DNA of 64,000 nucleotides, from IMG/VR virus record IMGVR_UViG_3300022700_000069, positions 1 to 64,000 of that record. One strand, written 5' to 3'. A model generated the notes under the pieces. That model searched no databases. It was not told the DNA's origin and worked only from the letters and a program-made list of their open reading frames with translations. A program made the position numbers and the translations under genes. Source of the stretch: a virus. Below are positions 40,374 through 50,396 of this stretch, in pieces; positions within the stretch are counted from its first letter, which is position 1; each line of letters starts with the position of its first letter.

Positions 40374-42011
40374 TTATGGTATTAATTCATATTTCTTCAA
40401 TCCACAATCATATATTCTAGGCAGATTATTATCTAACATTTCTTTATGTTCTGTTTTATTTGTAATACCCAATTTATTTTTTCTAAAATTAAATTTATGA
40501 TATTTTGTTATATTTCTATAATCGCAATACCAATAACTTGGTTTAATATCACCCTTAAACTCAAACCCAATTTTTTGATATAAATTACCATTACTATATC
40601 TTCTATCTGCAAATGTTATGATTTTTAATGGTTTATATTTTTTAATAAAAAAATTCAAAAGTTTACTAGCACCACCAATAACATTAGTATTTTTTTTATT
40701 TGAAAATCTATTTAATGTATAATTATTTTTATATTTTTTAAACCCCATAACTGAAACCAATGTATTATTATAATATAGTCCAATTTTTACACTACTATTA
40801 GTTTCACCAAGAATGTGATTTTCATTTAAAAACGACTTATATTCATTAACATTAATTTTATAAATTTTACACTTTCTACCATATATTTTATTTGGCGTTA
40901 AATTTAATTTATTCAATAATATCGATTTTACAATCTCATTTTTGTATACCCATTCATCTTCAAATATTTGAATTAATTGAATACCCTGTTTATTACAAAA
41001 ATTCAATTTATTTAAATGATATTTATTATCCTTAAAATATTCAGAATGCCAATATAAACCATTAAATTCAATAGCAATTTTATAATCTGGTAAATAAAAA
41101 TCTAATTCATAGGGTTTTATTATTTTTTTATCGTTTCTCTGATATTTAATATTTTGTTCATCTAAAAATTTTGATATCTCTAATTCATAATTAGAAATAT
41201 TTGGTGAATATGGTAAATATTTAACTGATAATTCTCTATTTTCGTTTAATCTTATAATTAATAATGATCTTGGAATATCAAATATATGACCATCCGGATG
41301 TTTTATTGTTAATACATTATCATGGTTAATACTAATTAATTCATATTTCTTTTTTTCTAATCTATTTTTTAATTTATCATTTAATGTATCATAGAATTTA
41401 ATTCTATTATTATAATTCTCGTCTTTATAAATTTCTTTTTTTGTTTGTTTTATTTTATTATAGTTATTATAATTTTCATTATTATATTTTTCTTTTTTTG
41501 TCTTTTTAACTTTATTATTAATAATTTCCCAATTATTCCAATATTTATTATTTCTATTTTCCTGTATTTTTTTTTGAAAATTTGTTAATTTAAATAGGCT
41601 ATCAACACCATATTTATTCTTTAATACTTTTTTACTTTTATTAATTCGTTTTTCTTTATTTTCTGGTCTACTATTCCATTTTTTTCTACATTTTTCAGAA
41701 CAAAAATTACGTTTATATTTTTTACGTTCTTCAAATTCATTACCACATTCTAAACAATATCTTTTTTCTATTGCTTTTTTATGTTTAGCATTTGCAGAAC
41801 ACTTATATGAACAATATTTTTTATTTTCTTTAATTTTTGAAGTAAATTCATTACCACAATTTTCACATGGTTTAGTAATATAATATTTCAAGTCTTGTTT
41901 TTTTCTTAATTCCCGTTTACAATCAGATGAACAAGTCTTTTTTTCTTTACCCTTTCTTACTTCAAATTCATTACCACAATTTTTACATATTAATTTTATA
42001 AATGTTGCCAT
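40374..42011 (-). CDS. Hef-like endonuclease: three Zn-ribbon repeats, Vsr/DUF559-like nuclease, GNAT/Mom-like domain
   Basis: CxxCGNEF..CSxxC three times; YELDFY..AIEFNGLYWHS..IFEDEW; VIGGASKLL..TFADRRYSNGNLYQKIGF..IYDCG. Confidence 0.82.
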   Translation of the reverse strand: MATFIKLICKNCGNEFEVRKGKEKKTCSSDCKRELRKKQDLKYYITKPCENCGNEFTSKIKENKKYCSYKCSANAKHKKAIEKRYCLECGNEFEERKKYKRNFCSEKCRKKWNSRPENKEKRINKSKKVLKNKYGVDSLFKLTNFQKKIQENRNNKYWNNWEIINNKVKKTKKEKYNNENYNNYNKIKQTKKEIYKDENYNNRIKFYDTLNDKLKNRLEKKKYELISINHDNVLTIKHPDGHIFDIPRSLLIIRLNENRELSVKYLPYSPNISNYELEISKFLDEQNIKYQRNDKKIIKPYELDFYLPDYKIAIEFNGLYWHSEYFKDNKYHLNKLNFCNKQGIQLIQIFEDEWVYKNEIVKSILLNKLNLTPNKIYGRKCKIYKINVNEYKSFLNENHILGETNSSVKIGLYYNNTLVSVMGFKKYKNNYTLNRFSNKKNTNVIGGASKLLNFFIKKYKPLKIITFADRRYSNGNLYQKIGFEFKGDIKPSYWYCDYRNITKYHKFNFRKNKLGITNKTEHKEMLDNNLPRIYDCGLKKYELIP

Positions 42012-42121
42012 AATACTGAAATTTAATTGAAACCAACTAATAATAAATACAAATATAATAGAAAAAATAAAAAAATCAAGTATTTATAAAAAAATAATAA
42101 AATTAATTAAAATTCAATATT

Positions 42122-42427
42122 ATGGCGAAAAAAAAGAAAAAAGATATTCTTGATCAAAATTATAACACTAACGAAGATAGTTTTAGAAATGAAGAAATTA
42201 TTGAAAACCCAATTAATGAAGAAAATTTTTCAATAACTTCTAATAATATCAATGAAGAAAAAAAGATTGAAAATGAAGAAAAACCAAAAGAGAAAATAGT
42301 AGAAAAAGAAAAAAATTTAAAAGAGAAGACAGTTAAAAAAAAGGAAAAACCAAAAGAAAAAACAATTAATGATTTAAGCAAAGATGAATTAAGAAAATAT
42401 CAACGTACTGGTAGATTACCAAAATAA
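42122..42427 (+). CDS. Highly charged low-complexity late protein
   Basis: K/E-rich; own late motif at 42080. Confidence 0.55.
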   Translation: MAKKKKKDILDQNYNTNEDSFRNEEIIENPINEENFSITSNNINEEKKIENEEKPKEKIVEKEKNLKEKTVKKKEKPKEKTINDLSKDELRKYQRTGRLPK

Positions 42428-42495
42428 TATTTAATATATTTTAATATAACAAGTATTTATAATAAAATAAATGAATATAATAAATAATATATAAT

Positions 42496-42984
42496 ATGGC
42501 AGAACTAATTAGAGGAATACCTTTTGAATATGAACCGAAACGAACTAATAGATTCTTTGCAGAATTTTCAGATGAATTAGGTATTGAAGTTTGGAAGGTA
42601 CAAAAATTTAAAAGACCAACAATGAAAATAAATTCAATTGAAATTCCATTTGTCAACCAACAAAATTATGTTGCTGGTAGATATACTTGGGATACAATGG
42701 ATATTACATTTCTTGATCCAATAGGTCCTTCAACATCTCAACAATTAATGGAATGGGTTCGATTACATGCAGAATCTCTTACTGGTAGAATGGGATATGC
42801 TGCTGGATATAAGAAAAATATTCTACTTAAAGCATTAGACCCAACCGGAATTGAAGTTGAAAAATGGTTTATTGAACAAGCAATGATTACAAATATTGAC
42901 TTTGGTGATAATGATTATACTACTGATGATTTAACGAATATTACATTAACAATACAACCTTGGAGATGTATACTCAATCTCTAA
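42496..42984 (+). CDS. gp19: Tail tube protein (gp19-like)
   Basis: YEPKRTNRF, YVAGRYTWDTMDITFLDPI, LDPTGIEVEKW; near the sheath gene; late motif at 42453. Confidence 0.88.
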   Translation: MAELIRGIPFEYEPKRTNRFFAEFSDELGIEVWKVQKFKRPTMKINSIEIPFVNQQNYVAGRYTWDTMDITFLDPIGPSTSQQLMEWVRLHAESLTGRMGYAAGYKKNILLKALDPTGIEVEKWFIEQAMITNIDFGDNDYTTDDLTNITLTIQPWRCILNL

Positions 42985-43010
42985 TAATTGTAATTTTAAA
43001 TTAAAATATA

Positions 43011-43040
43011 ATAAGCCATTCATTTATTTGAATGGCTTAT
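43011..43040. terminator. Hairpin terminator between convergent genes
   Basis: ataagccattca-tttatt-tgaatggcttat. Confidence 0.8.
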
Positions 43041-43241
43041 TTATTTAAATTTACAACCATCTTGAGTTATAATAAAATCAATATTAATTTTTTTGATTGT
43101 TTTTTGGGGTATAATAGTTTTATCAATTATTAATTTACGATCATTAATATTAATTTCAAAATCATCAATAATTTTTAGTTTTTTTAAATTTAATAATCTA
43201 TTATTTAAATTAATGTAAAAATTTGCATCATCATTTGTCAT
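43041..43241 (-). CDS. 66-aa stand-alone paralog of the tail-sheath C-terminal domain
   Basis: Aligns by eye to the last approximately 75 aa of the sheath; TAATG-coupled to the upstream nuclease. Confidence 0.62.
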   Translation of the reverse strand: MTNDDANFYINLNNRLLNLKKLKIIDDFEININDRKLIIDKTIIPQKTIKKINIDFIITQDGCKFK

Positions 43242-44020
43242 TAGTTTAAAGTATTTATTCTTTCCCTAATAATTTGTTCAACAAAAAATTTTCTATCCTG
43301 TCCTTCAATAATTTTAAAATTATCATTATTGTGTGACACCCAAATTAAATATGATTTACCTAATTTTAATGAAGTATTTTTTTCAATTATATATTTATAC
43401 ATATCCATTTGAAGTGAATATAATTCTAAATCACAATCCTCTAACATATTAAGATTTCCCAATAAATTTTGATGAGGATTATTTTTATAAAATGCTTTAT
43501 TTGTTTTCCAATCCCAAATTTGAAATTCGTTTTCTTTTACATTATAAAAGAGAAGATCAACCATTCCAGCAATTTTTGATTCTTTATCATATATAACAAG
43601 TTCTGTTTTAACCGGAATTAATTTATCTTTTGATATTTGTAAAAATTTATCAACGTGTTTTTTTGTTTTTAAATATTCAAAATATATAGGATCAAATCCA
43701 AATTCATTATAAATTTCTTGTTGTGGATATTCAAAAACTTTATTTAATAACGCATTTTCAGCATAATCATGTATTATTGATCCTTTCATTGTACCCTTTT
43801 TATTAATGAAATCCCATGCTCTTTTTATTTTCCATTGTGGTACATTAAATTCATTTGCTTTATAATCAGACCAATAATTTTTATCAAATTCTTCTTGATA
43901 TTTATGAATTAATGTTGTAACTGAAATATATTCATTGCCATCTAAATAATATTTATGAGGTTCATCATAATATTTTATATCATTAAATTTTTGAAAAATT
44001 TCAAATGGTATGTTATTCAT
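43241..44020 (-). CDS. PD-(D/E)xK exonuclease
   Basis: HKYYL..SVTTLI, GSIIHDYAE, AGMVDLL, IWDWKTN, YSLQMDMY; TAATTTTG at 44025-44032 (-). Confidence 0.82.
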   Translation of the reverse strand: MNNIPFEIFQKFNDIKYYDEPHKYYLDGNEYISVTTLIHKYQEEFDKNYWSDYKANEFNVPQWKIKRAWDFINKKGTMKGSIIHDYAENALLNKVFEYPQQEIYNEFGFDPIYFEYLKTKKHVDKFLQISKDKLIPVKTELVIYDKESKIAGMVDLLFYNVKENEFQIWDWKTNKAFYKNNPHQNLLGNLNMLEDCDLELYSLQMDMYKYIIEKNTSLKLGKSYLIWVSHNNDNFKIIEGQDRKFFVEQIIRERINTLN

Positions 44021-44040
44021 ATAGCAAAATTAATAAAAAA

Positions 44041-44934
44041 TTAATTAATTACAATATTATTTTGAACAATATTTTCAAGATTAATATTTTCTAAATCATT
44101 AATAATTGAATTTTTATCAGCAGAAATACCTGAATATCCATGAATATGAGCGATAATTGCTTCTCTAAATATATTTAATGCTTCAATTAAAACATCTGCT
44201 CTTGCTAAAGGATGTCCATCATCAAAAATTCGAGTACGATCATCTATATTTAATCTTGCTGCTTTAAATTTTGGGTTACCGGAGTGTGATATTAATGCAA
44301 TTTTATCACTTAATACAACAGTATTACTATAATATTCATCTTCGTCTTCTTTTTGATCAAATGATAAAGTAATAGCTGCTGGATTTTTAATATTTAATTT
44401 AAGAGGGTTATCATTTTCATGTTTACCAGCACGAAATTCAAGTTGATTATTTCTTAAAATTACATCAGTATTTACTCGACCAACAATACCAATTTCATCT
44501 TTTTGAGGAAATACACCTTGGGCATCAGGATATGTAGACGGTGCTGTTTCAGGTGCTGTTAAACCCATATTAGTTGTTGAAAGTGCTGTATATATTGAAT
44601 CATATTCAACCTTATGTGGTTGTGAAATAATACTACCCATCCAAAATCGACTTCTTTGTGGATATTTAATATCTTCTATAAAAATTCTAACCATTTCACC
44701 AACTTTGGGAAATACATGAAAAAATTTGGGTAATAGGGGGTAACAATATGGTAAATCATTTACATCAGTTATTTTATTATCAAAACCTAATATTTTTACT
44801 TTTATTCTACCACCATCTGTTGGGTCATCAATTGACAACACTTCACCATAATAAATATTACGTGTATTAGTAACATCATCAGTAGTTTTTTCATATAATT
44901 TACTTGTTTGTAAATATTTTTTATTTAATGACAT
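44041..44934 (-). CDS. Baseplate central spike (gp5/gpV-like OB fold)
   Basis: GEVLSIDDPTDGGRIKVKI..PKVGEMVRI; C-terminal HIH metal-binding tip motif. Confidence 0.8.
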   Translation of the reverse strand: MSLNKKYLQTSKLYEKTTDDVTNTRNIYYGEVLSIDDPTDGGRIKVKILGFDNKITDVNDLPYCYPLLPKFFHVFPKVGEMVRIFIEDIKYPQRSRFWMGSIISQPHKVEYDSIYTALSTTNMGLTAPETAPSTYPDAQGVFPQKDEIGIVGRVNTDVILRNNQLEFRAGKHENDNPLKLNIKNPAAITLSFDQKEDEDEYYSNTVVLSDKIALISHSGNPKFKAARLNIDDRTRIFDDGHPLARADVLIEALNIFREAIIAHIHGYSGISADKNSIINDLENINLENIVQNNIVIN

Positions 44935-44936
44935 TT

Positions 44937-45146
44937 TTATTGTCTTTTATCGATTTCTTCAACTATATTGACATATTTTTTTTCAAGTTCTTCTAATTTC
45001 AAAAGATTTTTATTAATTTTATCTTTTAATTTATCAGCTTCATGTGTATCATCAATAATAGTTTTTTTTATTTTTTCATGCTCTGATTTAATATCATTAG
45101 CAATTTTTAATAAATCAGTTGGTGTATATTTGCTATAATATTCCAT
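44937..45146 (-). CDS. Small coiled-coil protein
   Basis: 69-aa ORF in a late operon. Confidence 0.55.
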   Translation of the reverse strand: MEYYSKYTPTDLLKIANDIKSEHEKIKKTIIDDTHEADKLKDKINKNLLKLEELEKKYVNIVEEIDKRQ

Positions 45147-45150
45147 AATA

Positions 45151-45558
45151 TTATTGTATTACTCCATATCCTTTAAATGGTAATATTGATGAACCAACAA
45201 CAGTAACTGGTCCACTTGGACCAATACCACTTGCTTGAACTGTTATTCCCGGTGGTAAACCAACAGTAATAACAGCATCTTGTTGTAATGCGTTTATAAT
45301 TTCTTCAATTCTAATTCTTTCCATTATTTCATCAGGATTCACACTACCAGAAGGTAATGCACCAACAGGTAAACCAGCTTCTGATTTTCTAGCAATAATT
45401 TTTGATGCAATTTTAGTTGGTGATAATCCAATTCTACGTGGTACACCCACTAAAATAAGTGGTGTTGGTATTGTTGGTGGACCACCAATACTTGATAAAT
45501 TTAGTACTTTATCAAAACCTTGTATTACTGAATCAATATTTGTATAATCTATTGCCAT
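45151..45558 (-). CDS. Hypothetical Pro/Gly-rich structural protein near the spike gene
   Basis: 135 aa in a late operon. Confidence 0.55.
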   Translation of the reverse strand: MAIDYTNIDSVIQGFDKVLNLSSIGGPPTIPTPLILVGVPRRIGLSPTKIASKIIARKSEAGLPVGALPSGSVNPDEIMERIRIEEIINALQQDAVITVGLPPGITVQASGIGPSGPVTVVGSSILPFKGYGVIQ

Positions 45559-45564
45559 TAATTA

Positions 45565-45735
45565 TTATTTTTTTAGTTTTTTTAATGAAACCCATTTCCA
45601 TCCCAAAAATAAAAATATAAATATTTTTCTAAAAAAATTTGGTTTTTTTGTTGTTCCTAATTGTGTGCCATTTAGTTTTCCATCAATTAAATAAACACCC
45701 ACAATATTTTTATTTACTTTTTGATCTGTTATCAT
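45565..45735 (-). CDS. 56-aa protein with hydrophobic/basic C-terminus (not in ORF track)
   Basis: MITDQKVNKNIVGVYLIDGKLNGTQLGTTKKPNFFRKIFIFLFLGWKWVSLKKLKK; ATGA overlap with the upstream stop. Confidence 0.6.
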   Translation of the reverse strand: MITDQKVNKNIVGVYLIDGKLNGTQLGTTKKPNFFRKIFIFLFLGWKWVSLKKLKK

Positions 45736-47048
45736 ATCTCTGAACTAATTAAACTTTTTATTATATTAATAAATTGGTTTATTTTTTCTTGTATTATATC
45801 TTTAATTATTGGTGTTATTAATTTAACCAAAAAAGCAACTATTAAATTAAAAATAAATTCATATAATAATGATAATGCTTCCTTAATTAAACATTTAATA
45901 TATGTTTTAAATCTTTCTAAGTCTTTTTTGGGATTACCAATTTGTGGTATACCACCATTTTGAAATGAACTAGAAAGAGCCAATAACATTCTACTTTGTG
46001 GAGAAAATGCTAATAATTTCCCTAATTGAAGTTTAATAAAATTAATAATTCTAGCAAAAAAACCATTTTTTACACTTTCCATATTTTCAGCACCAACATT
46101 TTCATTATCAGTCTCATCAAAACTTTTGCTAATACTATCACTAATTTTATTACCAACATTATTGGGGTCTGAAGAACCCGATATATTTGAAATTAAATTA
46201 TCAAAATCATCAATTGGTAATTTAGTTTGCACTAAACCACAACCCATATCATAATTTACAACACCATCTTTTAATTCTTGTGCTTTTTTTATTATATCTT
46301 GAAATTCATCTTCGGGTATAACAAATGTATCATCACCATCAATTACTTGTTGTATTAATCTATTTAATTCCTCTTCTTCTGTTATTTCTTCAATTGATTT
46401 ATCTTGGTTTGATGTTGCACTACCGAATACATTATCTAATGTTTTTGTTGTAAATTCTTTTTTATTTATAAATTCTGTATTATCAACAAAACCATTCATA
46501 AAATCACCAATATTTTGGTTTTCAGAACCACTACTTGGTTTAAAATTAAATGAATCAGAATTAGAATCATAATTAATTAACACATTATTATATTGTATAT
46601 CAGTACCTTCATTTGTTATAGCTTCACGAGCTTTTTGATCAAAATTTGGTTTACTATTATCATATAATAACTTACCACTTGCTGAATTTGGATTAGTTTT
46701 TAATTTTCCAGACACATCAATATCTTTAGCTGAAACAGATGTACCATTTTTAAAACTTTCTGGTAATGGATCACCAGAATTAAAATTTGTTAATTGTTTT
46801 TTTGTTGCTTCTTTTAATTTAGGTTCAGCAGATTCTGCAAAATTAGTAAAAAGTTCACCAGTTAAATTTTGAAGTGCTGTTGTACCAACTGTAACACCTA
46901 ATACATCAATTAAAAAACCACCAACATCATTTTTATTATTAACTGAATCTAATGTATTATTTGTTTCGGGCAAATTAGGTTCTTCATTCATTGAAGTATA
47001 TGCACCAATTGTATTAAATACATTTTTTTTATCGTCAGCCAAACTCAT
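45732..47048 (-). CDS. Hypothetical late protein
   Basis: 438 aa with hydrophobic C-terminal helix. Confidence 0.55.
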   Translation of the reverse strand: MSLADDKKNVFNTIGAYTSMNEEPNLPETNNTLDSVNNKNDVGGFLIDVLGVTVGTTALQNLTGELFTNFAESAEPKLKEATKKQLTNFNSGDPLPESFKNGTSVSAKDIDVSGKLKTNPNSASGKLLYDNSKPNFDQKAREAITNEGTDIQYNNVLINYDSNSDSFNFKPSSGSENQNIGDFMNGFVDNTEFINKKEFTTKTLDNVFGSATSNQDKSIEEITEEEELNRLIQQVIDGDDTFVIPEDEFQDIIKKAQELKDGVVNYDMGCGLVQTKLPIDDFDNLISNISGSSDPNNVGNKISDSISKSFDETDNENVGAENMESVKNGFFARIINFIKLQLGKLLAFSPQSRMLLALSSSFQNGGIPQIGNPKKDLERFKTYIKCLIKEALSLLYEFIFNLIVAFLVKLITPIIKDIIQEKINQFINIIKSLISSEI

Positions 47049-47057
47049 TATTAATCA

Positions 47058-47432
47058 TTATTTTTTTATATTTTTATCATTTTTTAATGTATGTTGATGA
47101 ACCATTTCAATTAGTTGATTTCTATCTTCAGTTGAAACTTCTTTTTCATTCTCTTTAGAATTATTTGTATTTTCTTTATTAAATACAACTTCTTTTAAAT
47201 ATTTAAGAAGCATTATTTTTTGATCTTGATTTTTAGCTTCAGCACTAATTAATTTAACAATTTGATCACCAATTGCTGCTATTTCACCACCTTCTTTGGC
47301 ATTTTTTTCCCATTTTGTAAATAAACGAGTAATTTTTGCCTTAATATTGTGGCTTTCGTTATAAATTTCTTGAAGAAGGTCATTAACACTTTCTTCATTA
47401 AATTTTATTTTTTTTCTTTTTGGTCGTGCCAT
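47058..47432 (-). CDS. Hypothetical late protein
   Basis: Late motif at 47451-47458 (-). Confidence 0.6.
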   Translation of the reverse strand: MARPKRKKIKFNEESVNDLLQEIYNESHNIKAKITRLFTKWEKNAKEGGEIAAIGDQIVKLISAEAKNQDQKIMLLKYLKEVVFNKENTNNSKENEKEVSTEDRNQLIEMVHQHTLKNDKNIKK

Positions 47433-47470
47433 AATTATATTTATTTTATAATAAATACATTTGACATTAA

Positions 47471-48352
47471 TTATTCATCCATGTATTTTATTTTTTCCAA
47501 AAAATATAATTCTTTAAATGGTTTAAGTGCGGTTCTTATTTCTTTAGTTGACAAATCTGTTTGTTCTTTTAAATATAATAATATTTTATTTTTTGCAAAT
47601 TTATTTGTTACTTTTTTATCATATTTTCCACTTGGACTATCTTCTAAAAAGAGATATTCCCAATTTTTTAATATATTAATAACAGCTTCACCTACAATTA
47701 TTTCATTTTTTTTCATTCCCTGTGTATCAACAATCATTTGTTGAATTTTTACTACAACATCATTTATTAATTTATCTAATAAATAATAATCTTTTTCTTC
47801 TATTTCATATTGATATTCATTTTTTTCATTAATTTCTTCTAAATAATCATCATATGATAAATTAATTTTTTTATCCCCATAACTTTTTTTACTATGATCT
47901 ATAAAATAATTACGAACAATTGTTTGACAATAACTATATGCTTTTGAACAGAATAATCTATAATGATATTCATCATCATTTTTATTTAATGATTCTAATT
48001 TTTTATTAGCATCATCAATATTCATAAATCTTCCTCTATCACCCAATTTATACCATTTTCTTTTTTCATTACCAGCATGAATTATTTTTCTACGTTCAAT
48101 AATAAATGGTTTATATTTAATCATATGTTCAATTAAATGAGTTAAAGCATTTTGTTCAATTTCTTCTATTTCATAATTACCAATATGAATAGGATATTTT
48201 CTAAGTATTGATTGAATCATTTTTTTAAATGGTTCTTTTAATACTTTATTATAAATTAAATTTTTTTCTTCACGTGAATTTGATTTAATATAATCAAGTA
48301 CTGCTTGTTCTTCTTTTTCTGCAAAGTAATAGTCTTTTTCTTTTTTTTTCAT
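47471..48352 (-). CDS. Putative late-transcription sigma factor (gp55-like)
   Basis: N-terminal YYF..EQAVLDY, PFKKMIQSIL, and region-2-like KAYSYCQTIVRNYFI. Confidence 0.6.
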   Translation of the reverse strand: MKKKEKDYYFAEKEEQAVLDYIKSNSREEKNLIYNKVLKEPFKKMIQSILRKYPIHIGNYEIEEIEQNALTHLIEHMIKYKPFIIERRKIIHAGNEKRKWYKLGDRGRFMNIDDANKKLESLNKNDDEYHYRLFCSKAYSYCQTIVRNYFIDHSKKSYGDKKINLSYDDYLEEINEKNEYQYEIEEKDYYLLDKLINDVVVKIQQMIVDTQGMKKNEIIVGEAVINILKNWEYLFLEDSPSGKYDKKVTNKFAKNKILLYLKEQTDLSTKEIRTALKPFKELYFLEKIKYMDE

Positions 48353-48392
48353 TAATAATATTCATTAATATATATTTCCTCCAATATTATTT

Positions 48393-49214
48393 TTATTCAA
48401 CATTTTTTTGATTTAAATTTGATGTATCAATAATTCTATCATTTGTAAAATTAGATTCTTTATTAGCCGTTTCAAACCAAAATTTTCTCTCTTCCATTGA
48501 CATTGTTTTACTATATTTGTCAAATAAACTATCTTTTCTAGTTATAAGGTGTTTATAACCAATTTTAGGGATTGTATATATTTTACATGCATTATTAAGA
48601 GCACGAAGTAAAAATTCATAATTAAATGTTAATTTAATATTCTTTTTTAATCCACCAAGATTTTCAAATTCCTCTTTATTAATAACAGCACCGGAAATTT
48701 TAAAATCAGTATTTTGTTTAATTGCATTTAAATTTAAAAAACCCATTTCACCATTTTCACCAACAAATTGTTGTGCCCAAACAATTTCATTAGTAATTTT
48801 CATAGCTTGATCTTTTTCATTAACTTCAATTATCATTGAAAGAAAAATATCAATATTAGGATATGATTTAATATATTTTTCAACATTATAAAAATATGTT
48901 GTACTATATTCATCATCTAATTCAAGAATTGAAAAATAATCAGTATCAACTTTTGAAACACCTAAATTAACCTGCGATTGAAAATCTGTTTCACCATTAT
49001 TAATAACACATTCTATTTCAGGTTTATATTCATTTTCATTGGGAGATTTTAAAAATTCTTCAATTTCATTTTTTATTGATTTAGCATATACCAAATAAAT
49101 TTTTGGTAACTTATTAATTTTTTCTTGTTTAGATATTGAATAAATTGCATTTTTTAAATATTTTTCAATGCTTTCATTATATTCATGTATTGGTATAATT
49201 ACACTTGTATTCAT
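48393..49214 (-). CDS. Glycosyltransferase family 2 (GT-A)
   Basis: SVIIPIHE, QVNLGVSKVDTDYFSILELDDEY, YEFLLR. Confidence 0.8.
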   Translation of the reverse strand: MNTSVIIPIHEYNESIEKYLKNAIYSISKQEKINKLPKIYLVYAKSIKNEIEEFLKSPNENEYKPEIECVINNGETDFQSQVNLGVSKVDTDYFSILELDDEYSTTYFYNVEKYIKSYPNIDIFLSMIIEVNEKDQAMKITNEIVWAQQFVGENGEMGFLNLNAIKQNTDFKISGAVINKEEFENLGGLKKNIKLTFNYEFLLRALNNACKIYTIPKIGYKHLITRKDSLFDKYSKTMSMEERKFWFETANKESNFTNDRIIDTSNLNQKNVE

Positions 49215-49235
49215 TATTTTATATTTTTTTATTTA

Positions 49236-50396
49236 TTATTTATTTTTTTCTGTATTATTTTTTGATGGTTCAATTGCTGAATTAAAAACTTTTTTTCTTT
49301 CATTAATTAAATTATTATACACACTAACTATTTGTTCTTCTGATTTTTCTGGTGTATAATTTAAAGCAATGTTTTCCATATTTTTATAAAGATCATCACC
49401 AATACTATCATCAAGAAATTTAATTAATGCTTCCCCTAAAAATGTTGGAAGGTCATAAAAATTATTACTCCAAATACCAACATTTTCTTTCATTTTACTA
49501 ATTTCACCATTTTCATCTCTTTCTAAAAGATATTCAGGTGTTATATCTGGAATTAAACCAACTGGAATAACACCACTTTTCATACACTCTAATGGAAATG
49601 TACCCCATGATGCAATTCTATCAATCCAAACAGCAGCAAAATTACCTTTCAATCTTTCAGCAAAGTCTTTTCTTCTCATTGATTTTGCTGGTTTACTTTT
49701 TGTAAGCATTGGATCAAAGGTAACCCAACTATATTGTGGATATTTTGAATAAAATAATTTTACAAATTTTGAAATTTCATTAGGGTTTCTACCAATTACT
49801 GAAATAACAGGTTTTTGTGGTTTATCATTTTTTTCAAAATAGTTTGGAATACTTGGATTATATATAGAAACATTGAATTTGTTTTTACCATAAAATGTTT
49901 CAATAAAATCTTTTAATGTTTGAGAAGTTGTTATAATATTTTTAATACCAAATGCTGACCAATCAGTACCCGGTACTAATGCATTTAACATATAATCAAC
50001 TGATTGTAATAATCCTACTCTCATACATGGAAGATTTTTTGTTTGTTCCATTACATTTGAAAATACTTCTGGTATAATCATAATATCTTCAGGTCCAACA
50101 TTTAATTTATTATTGGACATTGGTACATGTTCATGATCTAATAATTCATTTTCAATCCATTTGGGTTTTTCATAATTTTCTTTTTCAGTTAAAATAATTA
50201 CATTATAACCCATTTTTTTTGCAACAGTTGCATGAAAATATACTTCATATACCGAAGCAGATGGATTTTCTGTTTCAGGAATGGTATAAATAAATTTTAA
50301 ATCTTTATTTTCTATTTTTTTTAAAGATTCTTTTACTTTGTTAATCTTTTCTAATTCAGCATTTTGTGCTTCATTATTTAATTTTTCTTCACTCAT
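49236..50396 (-). CDS. GT-B-fold glycosyltransferase-like protein
   Basis: DIMIIPEV, SWGTFPLECMKSGVIPVG (resembles the E-x-FG-x-P-LEAM-G motif). Confidence 0.65.
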   Translation of the reverse strand: MSEEKLNNEAQNAELEKINKVKESLKKIENKDLKFIYTIPETENPSASVYEVYFHATVAKKMGYNVIILTEKENYEKPKWIENELLDHEHVPMSNNKLNVGPEDIMIIPEVFSNVMEQTKNLPCMRVGLLQSVDYMLNALVPGTDWSAFGIKNIITTSQTLKDFIETFYGKNKFNVSIYNPSIPNYFEKNDKPQKPVISVIGRNPNEISKFVKLFYSKYPQYSWVTFDPMLTKSKPAKSMRRKDFAERLKGNFAAVWIDRIASWGTFPLECMKSGVIPVGLIPDITPEYLLERDENGEISKMKENVGIWSNNFYDLPTFLGEALIKFLDDSIGDDLYKNMENIALNYTPEKSEEQIVSVYNNLINERKKVFNSAIEPSKNNTEKNK

